A DNA stretch of 64,000 nucleotides, taken from the NCBI RefSeq assembly GCF_009914755.1, contig NC_060948.1. One strand, given 5' to 3'. Shown piece by piece: positions 13,701 through 27,643 of the stretch. Source of the stretch: the human T2T-CHM13v2.0 reference genome, Homo sapiens. The position numbers and the translations under genes are program-made. Within the stretch, counting starts at the first letter, position 1. Each line of letters opens with the position of its first letter. The notes under the pieces are model-generated. The model ran no database searches. It saw only the letters and a list, made by a program, of their open reading frames with translations, and was not told the DNA's origin.

Positions 13701-14280
13701 AATGGCATCGAATGGAATGGAATGGAATGCAATGGAATGGAATGTATTAGAATGGAATGAACTTTAATGGAATGTACTCGAATGGATTCGACTGGAATGG
13801 AATGTTCTGGAAGTGAATGGACTCCAATGGAATGGATTCAAAAGGAATGGAATCGTACGGAATGGAATCTAATGGAATGGAATTAAATGGAAATGAATCA
13901 AATTGAATAGCACGGAATTGAATTGAATGGAATGGAATGCAATGGAATCTAATGAAACGGAAAGGAAAGGAATGGAATGGAATGGAATGGGCTGGAATGG
14001 AAAGGAATCGAAACGAATGGAATGGAATCGAACTGAAGAGACTGGAATGGAATGCACTGGAATGGAAGGGAGTGTAATGGAAGGTTCTCGAAAAAAATGG
14101 AATCGAATGGAATGGAATTGAATGGAACGGAATAGAGTCGAATGGAATTGAATGGAATGGAATGGACTAGAGTGAAATGGAATCGAACCACAAGGAATGG
14201 ACAGGAATAGAATGGTCTCGAATTGAATGGAATCGTATGGAATGGCATCAAACGGAATGGAATGGACAGCCACGGAATGG
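10707..14280 (+). repeat. DYZ1 unit 4 (3574 bp)
   Basis: Landmark spacing 10603->14177; (ATGGA)7 tract. Confidence 0.93.
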
Positions 14281-16941
14281 AATGCACTCGAATGCAATGG
14301 AGTCGAAACTAACGGACTGGAATAGAATGGACTCGATTGGTACGGACTCCAATGGAATGGAATCGAATGGAAGGGAATCGAACGGAAGGGAATCGAACGG
14401 AATGGACTCGAAGGGAAAAGACTGCAATGGAAAGGTCTCGAATGGAATGGAAATTAATGGAATGGAATGGAATCGAATGAAATGGAGTCAAAAGGAATGG
14501 AATCGAATGGCAAGAAATCGAATGTAATGGAATCGCAAGGAATTGATGTGAACGGAACGGAATGGAATGGAATCCAAAGGAATGGAATAGAATGGAATGG
14601 AATCGAATGGAAAGGACTCGAATGGAAATCACTCGAATAGAATGCAATTTAATAAAATAGGATCAAATGTAATAGAATGGAATGGAAAGGAATCGAAACG
14701 GAAGGAATGGAGACAGATGGAATGGAATGGAACAGAGAGCAATGGTATAGAATGGAATGGAATCATCTGGAATGGAATTGAATGGAATGGAATTATATGA
14801 AATGGAATGGAATGGAATGGAATGGAATGCCCTTGAATTAAATGGACTGGACTCGAACAGAGTGGAATGGAAAGTGTTGAGATAGAATGGAATGGACTCC
14901 TTTGGAATGGTCTAGTATGCAATGCAATCGACTGGCAGGGAATCAAAAGGAATGTAATCGAATGGATTGGACTGGAATGCAATGGACTCGAATAGATTGG
15001 AAACGGAATGCAAAGGAATGGAATGGAATAGTATGGAATGCAATGGAAGGGAATGGAGTGGAATAGACTAGAGTGGAATGGAATGGACTGGAAAGCAATG
15101 GACTGGAATGGAACTTTCTTGGATGGATTGGAATCAAACGGAATGGAATGCAATGCAATCAAATGGCATGGAATAAAATAGAATGAAAGAGAATCAAATG
15201 GAATTGAATCGAATGGAATCGAATGGATTGGAAAGGAATAGAATGGAATGGAATGGAATTGACTCAAATGGAATGGACTAGAATGGAATGGATTCGAATG
15301 GAATGGAATGTCATGGAATGGCATCAAATGGAATGGCATCAAATGGAATGGAATCGAATGCAATGGAATGCTATGGAATGGAATGGAATGCATTGGAATG
15401 GAATGTCCTCTAATGGAATGGATTCGAGTGGAATGGAATTGAATATAATGGAGTCGAATGAAATGGAATTGAAAGGAATGGGATCGAATACAATGGAATA
15501 TACTGGAATGTAACGTAATGAACTCGAATGTAATTGACTGGAATGGAATGTACATGAATGGAATGTAATCGAATGGAAAGTAATCCAATGGAATAGAATC
15601 TAATGCAATAAAATCGACTCAGATAGAGTAGAATGTAATGGAATGGAGTGCAGTGCAATGGAATGGAATGGAATGGAATGCAATGGAATGGAATGGAATG
15701 GAATGGAATGGAATGGAATGGGATGGAATGGTATGGAATGGATAGTAATGGACTGGAGTGAAATGGACTGGAAAGGAATGGACTCAAATTGAAAGGGCTC
15801 GAAAGGAATGGAGTCAAATGGAATGGTCTGGAATGGAATGAACACGAATGTAATGCAATCCAATAGAATGGAATCGAATGGCATGGAATATAAAGAAATG
15901 GAATCGAAGAGAATGGAAACAAATGGAATGGAATTGAATGGAATGGAATTGAATGGAATGTGAACGAATGGAGTGAAATTGTATGCAGTAGAAGAGAATA
16001 GAATGGAATGCAAGCGAAAGGAAAGGAATGGATTGGAATGGAATGGAATTCATTGGAATGGAAGGGAATGTAGTGTAATGGACAGGCCTGGAATAAAGTG
16101 GAATGCTACGGTCTCGAATGGAATAAAAATGTATGGAATGGAATGCAATGAAACGGAATCGAATGTCATAGAATGTAATGGAATGCAAAAAAATGGAATC
16201 CAAAATCATTGAATGGAAAGGCTGGGTGTCGAAAGGAATTGACTCCAATGGAATGGAATCGAATGGAATGGAAGTGAATAGAATTGAACTAAATCGTATG
16301 GAATGGAATTGATAGGAACGGAATGGAAAGGAATGCAATGATTTGGCATGGAATGGAATCGAATGGCATCGAATGGAATGGAATGGAATGCAATGGAATG
16401 GAATGTATTAGAATGGAATGAACTTTAATGGAATGTACTCGAATGGATTCGACTGGAATGGAATGTTCTGGAAGTGAATGGACTCCAATGGAATGGATTC
16501 AAAAGGAATGGAATCGTACGGAATGGAATCTAATGGAATGGAATTAAATGGAAATGAATCAAATTGAATAGCACGGAATTGAATTGAATGGAATGGAATG
16601 CAATGGAATCTAATGAAACGGAAAGGAAAGGAATGGAATGGAATGGAATGGGCTGGAATGGAAAGGAATCGAAACGAATGGAATGGAATCGAACTGAAGA
16701 GACTGGAATGGAATGCACTGGAATGGAAGGGAGTGTAATGGAAGGTTCTCGAAAAAAATGGAATCGAATGGAATGGAATTGAATGGAACGGAATAGAGTC
16801 AAATGGAATTGAATGGAATGGAATGGACTAGAGTGAAATGGAATCGAACCACAAGGAATGGACAGGAATAGAATGGTCTCGAATTGAATGGAATCGTATG
16901 GAATGGCATCAAACGGAATGGAATGGACAGCCACGGAATGG
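14281..16941 (+). repeat. DYZ1 unit 5, internally deleted divergent variant (2661 bp)
   Basis: 903-bp deletion at 15294-15303, 10-bp deletion near 14850, (ATGGA)7 tract; 3579-903-10-5=2661. Confidence 0.93.
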
Positions 16942-19900
16942 AATGCACTCGAATGCAATGGAGTCGAAACAAATGGACTGGAATAGAATGGACTCGACTG
17001 GTACGGACTCCAATGGAATGGAATCGAATGGAAGGGAATCGAACGGAAGGGAATCGAACGGAATGGACTCGAAGGGAAAAGACTGCAATGGAAAGGTCTC
17101 GAATGGAATGGAAATTAATGGAATGGAATGGAATCGAATGAAATGGAGTCAAAAGGAATGGAATCGAATGGCAAGAAATCGAATGTAATGGAATCGCCAG
17201 GAATTGATGTGAACGGAACGGAATGGAATGGAATCCAAAGGAATGGAATAGAATGGAATGGAATCGAATGGAAAGGACTCGAATGGAAATCACTCGAATA
17301 GAATGCAATTTAATAAAATAGGATCAAATGTAATGGAATGGAATGGAAAGGAATCGAAACGAAAGGAATGGAGACAGATGGAATGGAATGGAACAGAGAG
17401 CAATGGTATAGAATGGAATGGAATCATCTGGAATGGAATTGAATGGAATGGAATAATATGAAATGGAATGGAATGGAATGGAATGGAATGCCCTTGAATT
17501 AAATGGACTGGAATGGAATGGACTCAAACAGAGTGGAATGGAAAGTGTGGAGATAGAATGGAATGAACTCCTTTGGAATGGTGTAGTATGCAATGCAATC
17601 GACTGGCAGGGAATCAAAAGGAATGTAATCGAATGGATTGGACTGGAATGCAATGGACTCGAATAGATTGGAAACGGAATGCAAAGGAATGGAATGGAAT
17701 AGTATGGAATGCAATGGAAGGGAATGGAGTGGAATAGACTAGAGTGGAATGGAATGGACTGGAAAGCAATGGACTGAAATGGAACTTTCTTGGATGGACT
17801 GGAATCAAACGGAATGGAATGCAATACAATCAAATGGCATGGAATAAAATAGAATGAAAGAGAATCAAATGGAATTGAATCGAATGGAATCGAATGGATT
17901 GGAAATGAATAGAATGGAATGGAATGGAATTGACTCAAATGGAATGGACTAGAATGGAATGGATTCGAATGGAAGGCAAAGGAATGGAATCTATTGGAAT
18001 GGACTGTAATGGAATGGAATGGAAGGGATTGGAATGGACTCGAATGGAATGGACTGCAATAGAAAGGATTCGAATGGAATGAAAAAGAATTGAATGGAAT
18101 AGAACAGAATGGAATCAAATCGAATGAAATGGAATGGAATAGAAAGGAATGGAATGAAATGGAATGGAAAGGATTCGAATGGAATGCAATCGAATGGAAT
18201 GGAATCGAACGGAATGGAATAAAATGGAAGAAAACTGGCAAGAAATGGAATCGAAATGAATGGAGTGTTATGGAACGGACTCAAAAGGAATTGAATGTAA
18301 TAGAATGGAGTGGAGTGGACTCGAATATAATGGACTGGAATGGAATGAAATCACATGGAATGGGAACGAATGGAATGGAATGGAAAGGAATGGAATCGAA
18401 TGGAAAGGAATCGAATGGAAGGGAATGAAATTGAATCAACACGAATGGAAGGGAATAGAATAGACTGTAATGGAATGGACTCGAATAGAATGGACACGAA
18501 TGCTCAAATTAAATGGACTCGAATGGAATGGAAACGAAAGGAATGTCATCGAATGGAATTGAATCGATTGGAATGACATCGCATAGAATGGAGTGGAATC
18601 AAATGGAATTGAATCGAAAGGAAAGGAAGCGAATGGACTGAAATGAAATGGAATGGAATTGAATGGAAAGTAATGCAATGGAATAGAATGGAACGAAATT
18701 TCACGGAATGGAATCAAACTGAATGGAATCAAATCAATGGAATCAAATCAAATGGAATGGAAAGGAATTGAATGGAGTAGATGGGATTGGATGGGATTGG
18801 AATGAAATGTACTGGAAAGGACTCGAATTTCATGAAACGGAATGGAATGAATTGGAACGGAATGGACTCGAATGGAATGGAATGTCATGGGATGGCATCA
18901 AATGGAATGGCATCAAATGGAATGGAATCGAATGCAGTGGAATGCTATGGAATGGAATGGAATGCATTGGAATGGAATGTCCTCTAATGGAATGGATTCG
19001 AGTGGAATGGAATTGAATATAATGGAGTCGAATGAAATGGAATTGAAAGGAATGGGATCGAATACAATGGAATATACTGGAATGTAACGTAATGAACTCG
19101 AATGTAATTGACTGGAATGGAATGTACATGAATGGAATGTAATCGAATGGAAAGTAATCCAATGGAATAGAATCTAATGCAATAAAATCGACTCAGATAG
19201 AGTAGAATGTAATGGAATGGAGTGCAGTGCAATGGAATGGAATGGAATGGAATGCAATGGAATGGAATGGAATGGAATGGAATGGAATGGAATGGAATGG
19301 GATGGAATGGTATGGAATGGATAGTAATAGACTGGAGTGAAATGGACTGGAAAGGAATGGACTCAAATTGAAAGGGCTCGAAAGGAATGGAGTCAAATGG
19401 AATGGTCTGGAATGGAATGAACACGAATGTAATGCAACCCAATAGAATGGAATCGAATGGCATGGAATATAAAGAAATGGAATCGAAGAGAATGGAAACA
19501 AATGGAATGGAATTGAATGGAATGGAATTGAATGGAATGGGAACGAATGGAGTGAAATTGTATGCAGTAGAAGAGAATAGAATGGAATGCAAGCGAAAGG
19601 AAAGGAATGGATTGGAATGGAATGGAATTCATTGGAATGGAAGGGAATGTAGTGTAATGGACAGGCCTGGAATAAAGTGGAATGCTACGGTCTCGAATGG
19701 AATAAAAATGTATGGAATGGAATGCAATGAAACGGAATCGAATGTCATAGAATGTAATGGAATGCAAAAAAATGGAATCCAAAATCATTGACTGGAAAGG
19801 CTGGGTGTCGAAAGGAATTGACTCCAATGGAATGGAATCGAATGGAATGGAAGTGAATAGAATCGAACTAAATCGAATGGAATGGAATTGATAGGAACGG

Positions 19901-20520
19901 AATGGAAAGGAATGCAATGATTTGGCATGGAATGGAATCGAATGGCATCGAATGGAATGGAATGGAATGCAATGGAATGGAATGTATTAGAATGTAATGA
20001 ACTTTAATGGAATGTACTCGAATGGATTCGACTGGAATGGAATGTTCTGGAAGTGAATGGACTCCAATGGAATGGATTCAAAAGGAATGGAATCGTACGG
20101 AATGGAATCTAATGGAATGGAATTAAATGGAAATGAATCAAATTGAATAGCACGGAATTGAATTGAATGGAATGGAATGCAATGGAATCTAATGAAACGG
20201 AAAGGAAAGGAATGGAATGGAATGGAATGGGCTGGAATGGAAAGGAATCGAAACGAATGGAATGGAATCGAACTGAAGAGACTGGAATGGAATGCACTGG
20301 AATGGAAGGGAGTGTAATGGAAGGTTGTCGAAAAAAATGGAATCGAATGGAATGGAATTGAATGGAACGGAATAGAGTCGAATGGAATTGAATGGAATGG
20401 AATGGACTAGAGTGAAATGGAATCGAACCACAAGGAATGGACAGGAATAGAATGGTCTCGAATTGAATGGAATCGTATGGAATGGCATCAAACGGAATGG
20501 AATGGACAGCCACGGAATGG
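16942..20520 (+). repeat. DYZ1 unit 6 (3579 bp)
   Basis: Landmark spacing 16838->20417. Confidence 0.93.
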
Positions 20521-23500
20521 AATGCACTCGAATGCAATGGAGTCGAAACTAATGGACTGGAATAGAATGGACTCGACTGGTACGGACTCCAATGGAATGG
20601 AATCGAATGGAAGGGAATCGAACGGAAGGGAATCGAACGGAATGGACTCGAAGGGAAAAGACTGCAATGGAAAGGTCTCGAATGGAATGGAAATTAATGG
20701 AATGGAATGGAATCGAATGAAATGGAGTCAAAAGGAATGGAGTCGAATGGCAAGAAATCTAATGTAATGGAATCGCCAGGAATTGATGTGAACGGAACGG
20801 AATGGAATGGAATCCAAAGGAATGGAATAGAATGGAATGGAATCGAATGGAAAGGACTCGAATGGAAATCACTCGAATAGAATGCAATTTAATAAAATAG
20901 GATCAAATGTAATGGAATGGAATGGAAAGGAATCGAAACGAAAGGAATGGAGACAGATGGAATGGAATGGAACAGAGAGCAATGGTATAGAATGGAATGG
21001 AATCATCTGGAATGGAATTGAATGGAATGGAATAATATGAAATGGAATGGAATGGAATGGAGTGGAATGCCCTTGAATTAAATGGACTGGAATGGAATGG
21101 ACTCAAACAGAGTGGAATGGAAAGTGTGGAGATAGAATGGAATGAACTCCTTTGGAATGGTGTAGTATGCAATGCAATCGACTGGCAGGGAATCAAAAGA
21201 AATGTAATCGAATGGATTGGACTGGAATGCAATGGACTCGAATAGATTGGAAACGGAATGCAAAGGAATGGAATGGAATAGTATGGAATGCAATGGAAGG
21301 GAATGGAGTGGAATAGACTAGAGTGGAATGGAATGGACTGGAAAGCAATGGACTGGAATGGAACTTTCTTGGATGGACTGGAATCAAACGGAATGGAATG
21401 CAATGCAATCAAATGGCATGGAATAAAATAGAATGAAAGAGAATCAAATGGAATTGAATCGAATGGAATCGAATGGATTGGAAATGAATAGAATGGAATG
21501 GAATGGAATTGACTCAAATGGAATGGACTAGAATGGAATGGATTCGAATGGAAGGCAAAGGAATGGAATCTATTGGAATGGACTGTAATGGAATGGAATG
21601 GAAGGGATTGGAATGGACTCGAATGGAATGGACTGCAATAGAAAGGATTCGAATGGAATGAAAAAGAATTGAATGGAATAGAACAGAATGGAATCAAATC
21701 GAATGAAATGGAATGGAATAGAAAGGAATGGAATGAAATGGAATGGAAAGGATTCGAATGTAATGCAATCGAATGGAATGGAATCGAACGGAATGGAATA
21801 AAATGGAAGAAAACTGGCAAGAAATGGAATCGAAATGAATGGAGTGTTATGGAACGGACTCAAACGGAATTGAATGTAATAGAATGGAGTGGAGTGGACT
21901 CGAATATAATGGACTGGAATGGAATGAAATCACATGGAATGGGAACGAATGGAATGGAATGGAAAGGAATGGAATCGAATGGAAAGGAATCGAATGGAAG
22001 GGAATGAAATTGAATCAACAGGAATGGAAGGGAATAGAATAGACTGTAATGGAATGGACTCGAATAGAATGGACACGAATGCTCAAATTAAATGGACTCG
22101 AATGGAATGGAAACGAAAGGAATGTCATCGAATGGAATTGAATCGATTGGAATGAAATCGCATAGAATGGAGTGGAATCAAATGGAATTGAATCGAAAGG
22201 AAAGGAAGCGAATGGACTGAAATGAAATGGAATGGAATTGTATGGAAAGTAATGCAATGGAATAGAATGGAACGAAATTTCACGGAATGGAATCAAACTG
22301 AATGGAATCAAATCAATGGAATCAAATCAAATGGAATGGAAAGGAATTGAATGGAGTAGATGGGATTGGATGGGATTGGAATGAAATGTACTGGAAAGGA
22401 CTCGAATTTCATGAAACGGAATGGAATGAATTGGAACGGAATGGACTCGAATGGAATGGAATGTCATGGGATGGCATCAAATGGAATGGCATCAAATGGA
22501 ATGGAATCGAATGCAATGGAATGCTGTGGAATGGAATGGAATGCATTGGAATGGAATGTCCTCTAATGGAATGGATTCGAGTGGAATGGAATTGAATATA
22601 ATGGAGTCGAATGAAATGGAATTGAAAGGAATGGGATCGAATACAATGGAATATACTGGAATGTAACGTAATGAACTCGAATGTAATTGACTGGAATGGA
22701 ATGTACATGAATGGAATGTAATCGAATGGAAAGTAATCCAATGGAATAGAATCTAATGCAATAAAATCGACTCAGATAGAGTAGAATGTAATGGAATGGA
22801 GTGCAGTGCAATGGAATGGAATGGAATGGAATGCAATGGAATGGAATGGAATGGAATGGAATGGAATGGAATGGAATGGGATGGAATGGTATGGAATGGA
22901 TAGTAATAGACTGGAGTGAAATGGACTGGAAAGGAATGGACTCAAATTGAAAGGGCTCGAAAGGAATGGAGTCAAATGGAATGGTCTGGAATGGAATGAA
23001 CACGAATGTAATGCAACCCAATAGAATGGAATCGAATGGCATGGAATATAAAGAAATGGAATCGAAGAGAATGGAAACAAATGGAATGGAATTGAATGGA
23101 ATGGAATTGAATGGAATGGGAACGAATGGAGTGAAATTGTATGCAGTAGAAGAGAATAGAATGGAATGCAAGCGAAAGGAAAGGAATGGATTGGAATGGA
23201 ATGGAATTCATTGGAATGGAAGGGAATGTAGTGTAATGGACAGGCCTGGAATAAAGTGGAATGCTACGGTCTCGAATGGAATAAAAATGTATGGAATGGA
23301 ATGCAATGAAACGGAATCGAATGTCATAGAATGTAATGGAATGCAAAAAAATGGAATCCAAAATCATTGACTGGAAAGGCTGGGTGTCGAAAGGAATTGA
23401 CTCCAATGGAATGGAATCGAATGGAATGGAAGTGAATAGAATCGAACTAAATCGAATGGAATGGAATTGATAGGAACGGAATGGAAAGGAATGCAATGAT

Positions 23501-24099
23501 TTGGCATGGAATGGAATCGAATGGCATCGAATGGAATGGAATGGAATGCAATGGAATGGAATGTATTAGAATGTAATGAACTTTAATGGAATGTACTCGA
23601 ATGGATTCGACTGGAATGGAATGTTCTGGAAGTGAATGGACTCCAATGGAATGGATTCCAAAGGAATGGAATCGTACGGAATGGAATCTAATGGAATGGA
23701 ATTAAATGGAAATGAATCAAATTGAATAGCACGGAATTGAATTGAATGGAATGGAATGCAATGGAATCTAATGAAACGGAAAGGAAAGGAATGGAATGGA
23801 ATGGAATGGGCTGGAATGGAAAGGAATCGAAACGAATGGAATGGAATCGAACTGAAGAGACTGGAATGGAATGCACTGGAATGGAAGGGAGTGTAATGGA
23901 AGGTTGTCGAAAAAAATGGAATCGAATGGAATGGAATTGAATGGAACGGAATAGAGTCGAATGGAATTGAATGGAATGGAATGGACTAGAGTGAAATGGA
24001 ATCGAACCACAAGGAATGGACAGGAATAGAATGGTCTCGAATTGAATGGAATCGTATGGAATGGCATCAAACGGAATGGAATGGACAGCCACGGAATGG
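20521..24099 (+). repeat. DYZ1 unit 7 (3579 bp; first unit of haplotype B)
   Basis: AATGCACTCG at 20521; GGAGTGGAATGCCC, CAAAAGAAATGT, CAAACGGAAT and TTGTATGGA alleles. Confidence 0.93.
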
Positions 24100-27000
24100 A
24101 ATGCACTCGAATGCAATGGAGTCGAAACTAATGGACTGGAATAGAATGGACTCGACTGGTACGGACTCCAATGGAATGGAATCGAATGGAAGGGAATCGA
24201 ACGGAAGGGAATCGAACGGAATGGACTCGAAGGGAAAAGACTGCAATGGAAAGGTCTCGAATGGAATGGAAATTAATGGAATGGAATGGAATCGAATGAA
24301 ATGGAGTCAAAAGGAATGGAATCGAATGGCAAGAAATCGAATGTAATGGAATCGCCAGGAATTGATGTGAACGGAACGGAATGGAATGGAATCCAAAGGA
24401 ATGGAATAGAATGGAATGGAATCGAATGGAAAGGACTCGAATGGAAATCACTCGAATAGAATGCAATTTAATAAAATAGGATCAAATGTAATGGAATGGA
24501 ATGGAAAGGAATCGAAACGAAAGGAATGGAGACAGATGGAATGGAATGGAACAGAGAGCAATGGTATAGAATGGAATGGAATCATCTGGAATGGAATTGA
24601 ATGGAATGGAATAATATGAAATGGAATGGAATGGAATGGAATGGAATGCCCTTGAATTAAATGGACTGGAATGGAATGGACTCAAACAGAGTGGAATGGA
24701 AAGTGTGGAGATAGAATGGAATGAACTCCTTTGGAATGGTGTAGTATGCAATGCAATCGACTGGCAGGGAATCAAAAGGAATGTAATCGAATGGATTGGA
24801 CTGGAATGCAATGGACTCGAATAGATTGGAAACGGAATGCAAAGGAATGGAATGGAATAGTATGGAATGCAATGGAAGGGAATGGAGTGGAATAGACTAG
24901 AGTGGAATGGAATGGACTGGAAAGCAATGGACTGGAATGGAACTTTCTTGGATGGACTGGAACCAAACGGAATGGAATGCAATGCAATCAAATGGCATGG
25001 AATAAAATAGAATGAAAGAGAATCAAATGGAATTGAATCGAATGGAATCGAATGGATTGGAAAGGAATAGAATGGAATGGAATGGAATTGACTCAAATGG
25101 AATGGACTAGAATGGAATGGATTCGAATGGAAGGCAAAGGAATGGAATCTATTGGAATGGACTGTAATGGAATGGAATGGAAGGGATTGGAATGGACTCG
25201 AATGGAATGGACTGCAATAGAAAGGATTCGAATGGAATGAAAAAGAATTGAATGGAATAGAACAGAATGGAATCAAATCGAATGAAATGGAATGGAATAG
25301 AAAGGAATGGAATGAAATGGAATGGAAAGGATTCGAATGTAATGCAATCGAATGGAATGGAATCGAACGGAATGGAATAAAATGGAAGAAAACTGGCAAG
25401 AAATGGAATCGAAATGAATGGAGTGTTATGGAACGGACTCAAAAGGAATTGAATGTAATAGAATGGAGTGGAGTGGACTCGAATATAATGGACTGGAATG
25501 GAATGAAATCACATGGAATGGGAACGAATGGAATGGAATGGAAAGGAATGGAATCGAATGGAAAGGAATCGAATGGAAGGGAATGAAATTGAATCAACAG
25601 GAATGGAAGGGAATAGAATAGACTGTAATGGAATGGACTCGAATAGAATGGACACGAATGCTCAAATTAAATGGACTCGAATGGAATGGAAACGAAAGGA
25701 ATGTCATCGAATGGAATTGAATCGATTGGAATGAAATCGCATAGAATGGAGTGGAATCAAATGGAATTGAATCGAAAGGAAAGGAAGCGAATGGACTGAA
25801 ATGAAATGGAATGGAATTGAATGGAAAGTAATGCAATGGAATAGAATGGAACGAAATTTCACGGAATGGAATCAAACTGAATGGAATCAAATCAATGGAA
25901 TCAAATCAAATGGAATGGAAAGGAATTGAATGGAGTAGATGGGATTGGATGGGATTGGAATGAAATGTACTGGAAAGGACTCGAATTTCATGAAACGGAA
26001 TGGAATGAATTGGAACGGAATGGACTCGAATGGAATGGAATGTCATGGGATGGCATCAAACGGAATGGCATCAAATGGAATGGAATCGAATGCAATGGAA
26101 TGCTATGGAATGGAATGGAATGCATTGGAATGGAATGTCCTCTAATGGAATGGATTCGAGTGGAATGGAATTGAATATAATGGAGTCGAATGAAATGGAA
26201 TTGAAAGGAATGGGATCGAATACAATGGAATATACTGGAATGTAACGTAATGAACTCGAATGTAATTGACTGGAATGGAATGTACATGAATGGAATGTAA
26301 TCGAATGGAAAGTAATCCAATGGAATAGAATCTAATGCAATAAAATCGACTCAGATAGAGTAGAATGTAATGGAATGGAGTGCAGTGCAATGGAATGGAA
26401 TGGAATGGAATGCAATGGAATGGAATGGAATGGAATGGGATGGAATGGTATGGAATGGATAGTAATGGACTGGAGTGAAATGGACTGGAAAGGAATGGAC
26501 TCAAATTGAAAGGGCACGAAAGGAATGGAGTCAAATGGAATGGTCTGGAATGGAATGAACACGAATGTAATGCAACCCAATAGAATGGAATCGAATGGCA
26601 TGGAATATAAAGAAATGGAATCGAAGAGAATGGAAACAAATGGAATGGAATTGAATGGAATGGGAACGAATGGAGTGAAATTGTATGCAGTAGAAGTGAA
26701 TAGAATGGAATGCAAGCGAAAGGAAAGGAATGGATTGGAATGGAATGGAATTCATTGGAATGGAAGGGAATGTAGTGTAATGGACAGGCCTGGAATAAAG
26801 TGGAATGCTACGGTCTCGAATGGAATAAAAATGTATGGAATGGAATGCAATGAAACGGAATCGAATGTCATAGAATGTAATGGAATGCAAAAAAATGGAA
26901 TCCAAAATCATTGACTGGAAAGGCTGGGTGTCGAAAGGAATTGACTCCAATGGAATGGAATCGAATGGAATGGAAGTGAATAGAATCGAACTAAATCGAA

Positions 27001-27643
27001 TGGAATGGAATTGATAGGAACGGAATGGAAAGGAATGCAATGATTTGGCATGGAATGGAATCGAATGGCATCGAATGGAATGGAATGGAATGCAATGGAA
27101 TGGAATGTATTAGAATGTAATGAACTTTAATGGAATGTACTCGAATGGATTCGACTGGAATGGAATGTTCTGGAAGTGAATGGACTCCAATGGAATGGAT
27201 TCAAAAGGAATGGAATCGTACGGAATGGAATCTAATGGAATGGAATTAAATGGAAATGAATCAAATTGAATAGCACGGAATTGAATTGAATGGAATGGAA
27301 TGCAATGGAATCTAATGAAACGGAAAGGAAAGGAATGGAATGGAATGGAATGGGCTGGAATGGAAAGGAATCGAAACGAATGGAATGGAATCGAACTGAA
27401 GAGACTGGAATGGAATGCACTGGAATGGAAGGGAGTGTAATGGAAGGTTGTCGAAAAAAATGGAATCGAATGGAATGGAATTGAATGGAACGGAATAGAC
27501 TCGAATGGAATTGAATGGAATGGAATGGACTAGAGTGAAATGGAATCGAACCACAAGGAATGGACAGGAATAGAATGGTCTCGAATTGAATGGAATCGTA
27601 TGGAATGGCATCAAACGGAATGGAATGGACAGCCACGGAATGG
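24100..27643 (+). repeat. DYZ1 unit 8 (3544 bp; mosaic with short-haplotype middle)
   Basis: Landmark spacing 23996->27540; (ATGGA)4 and the 15-bp loss, but no 1-bp deletion. Confidence 0.93.
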
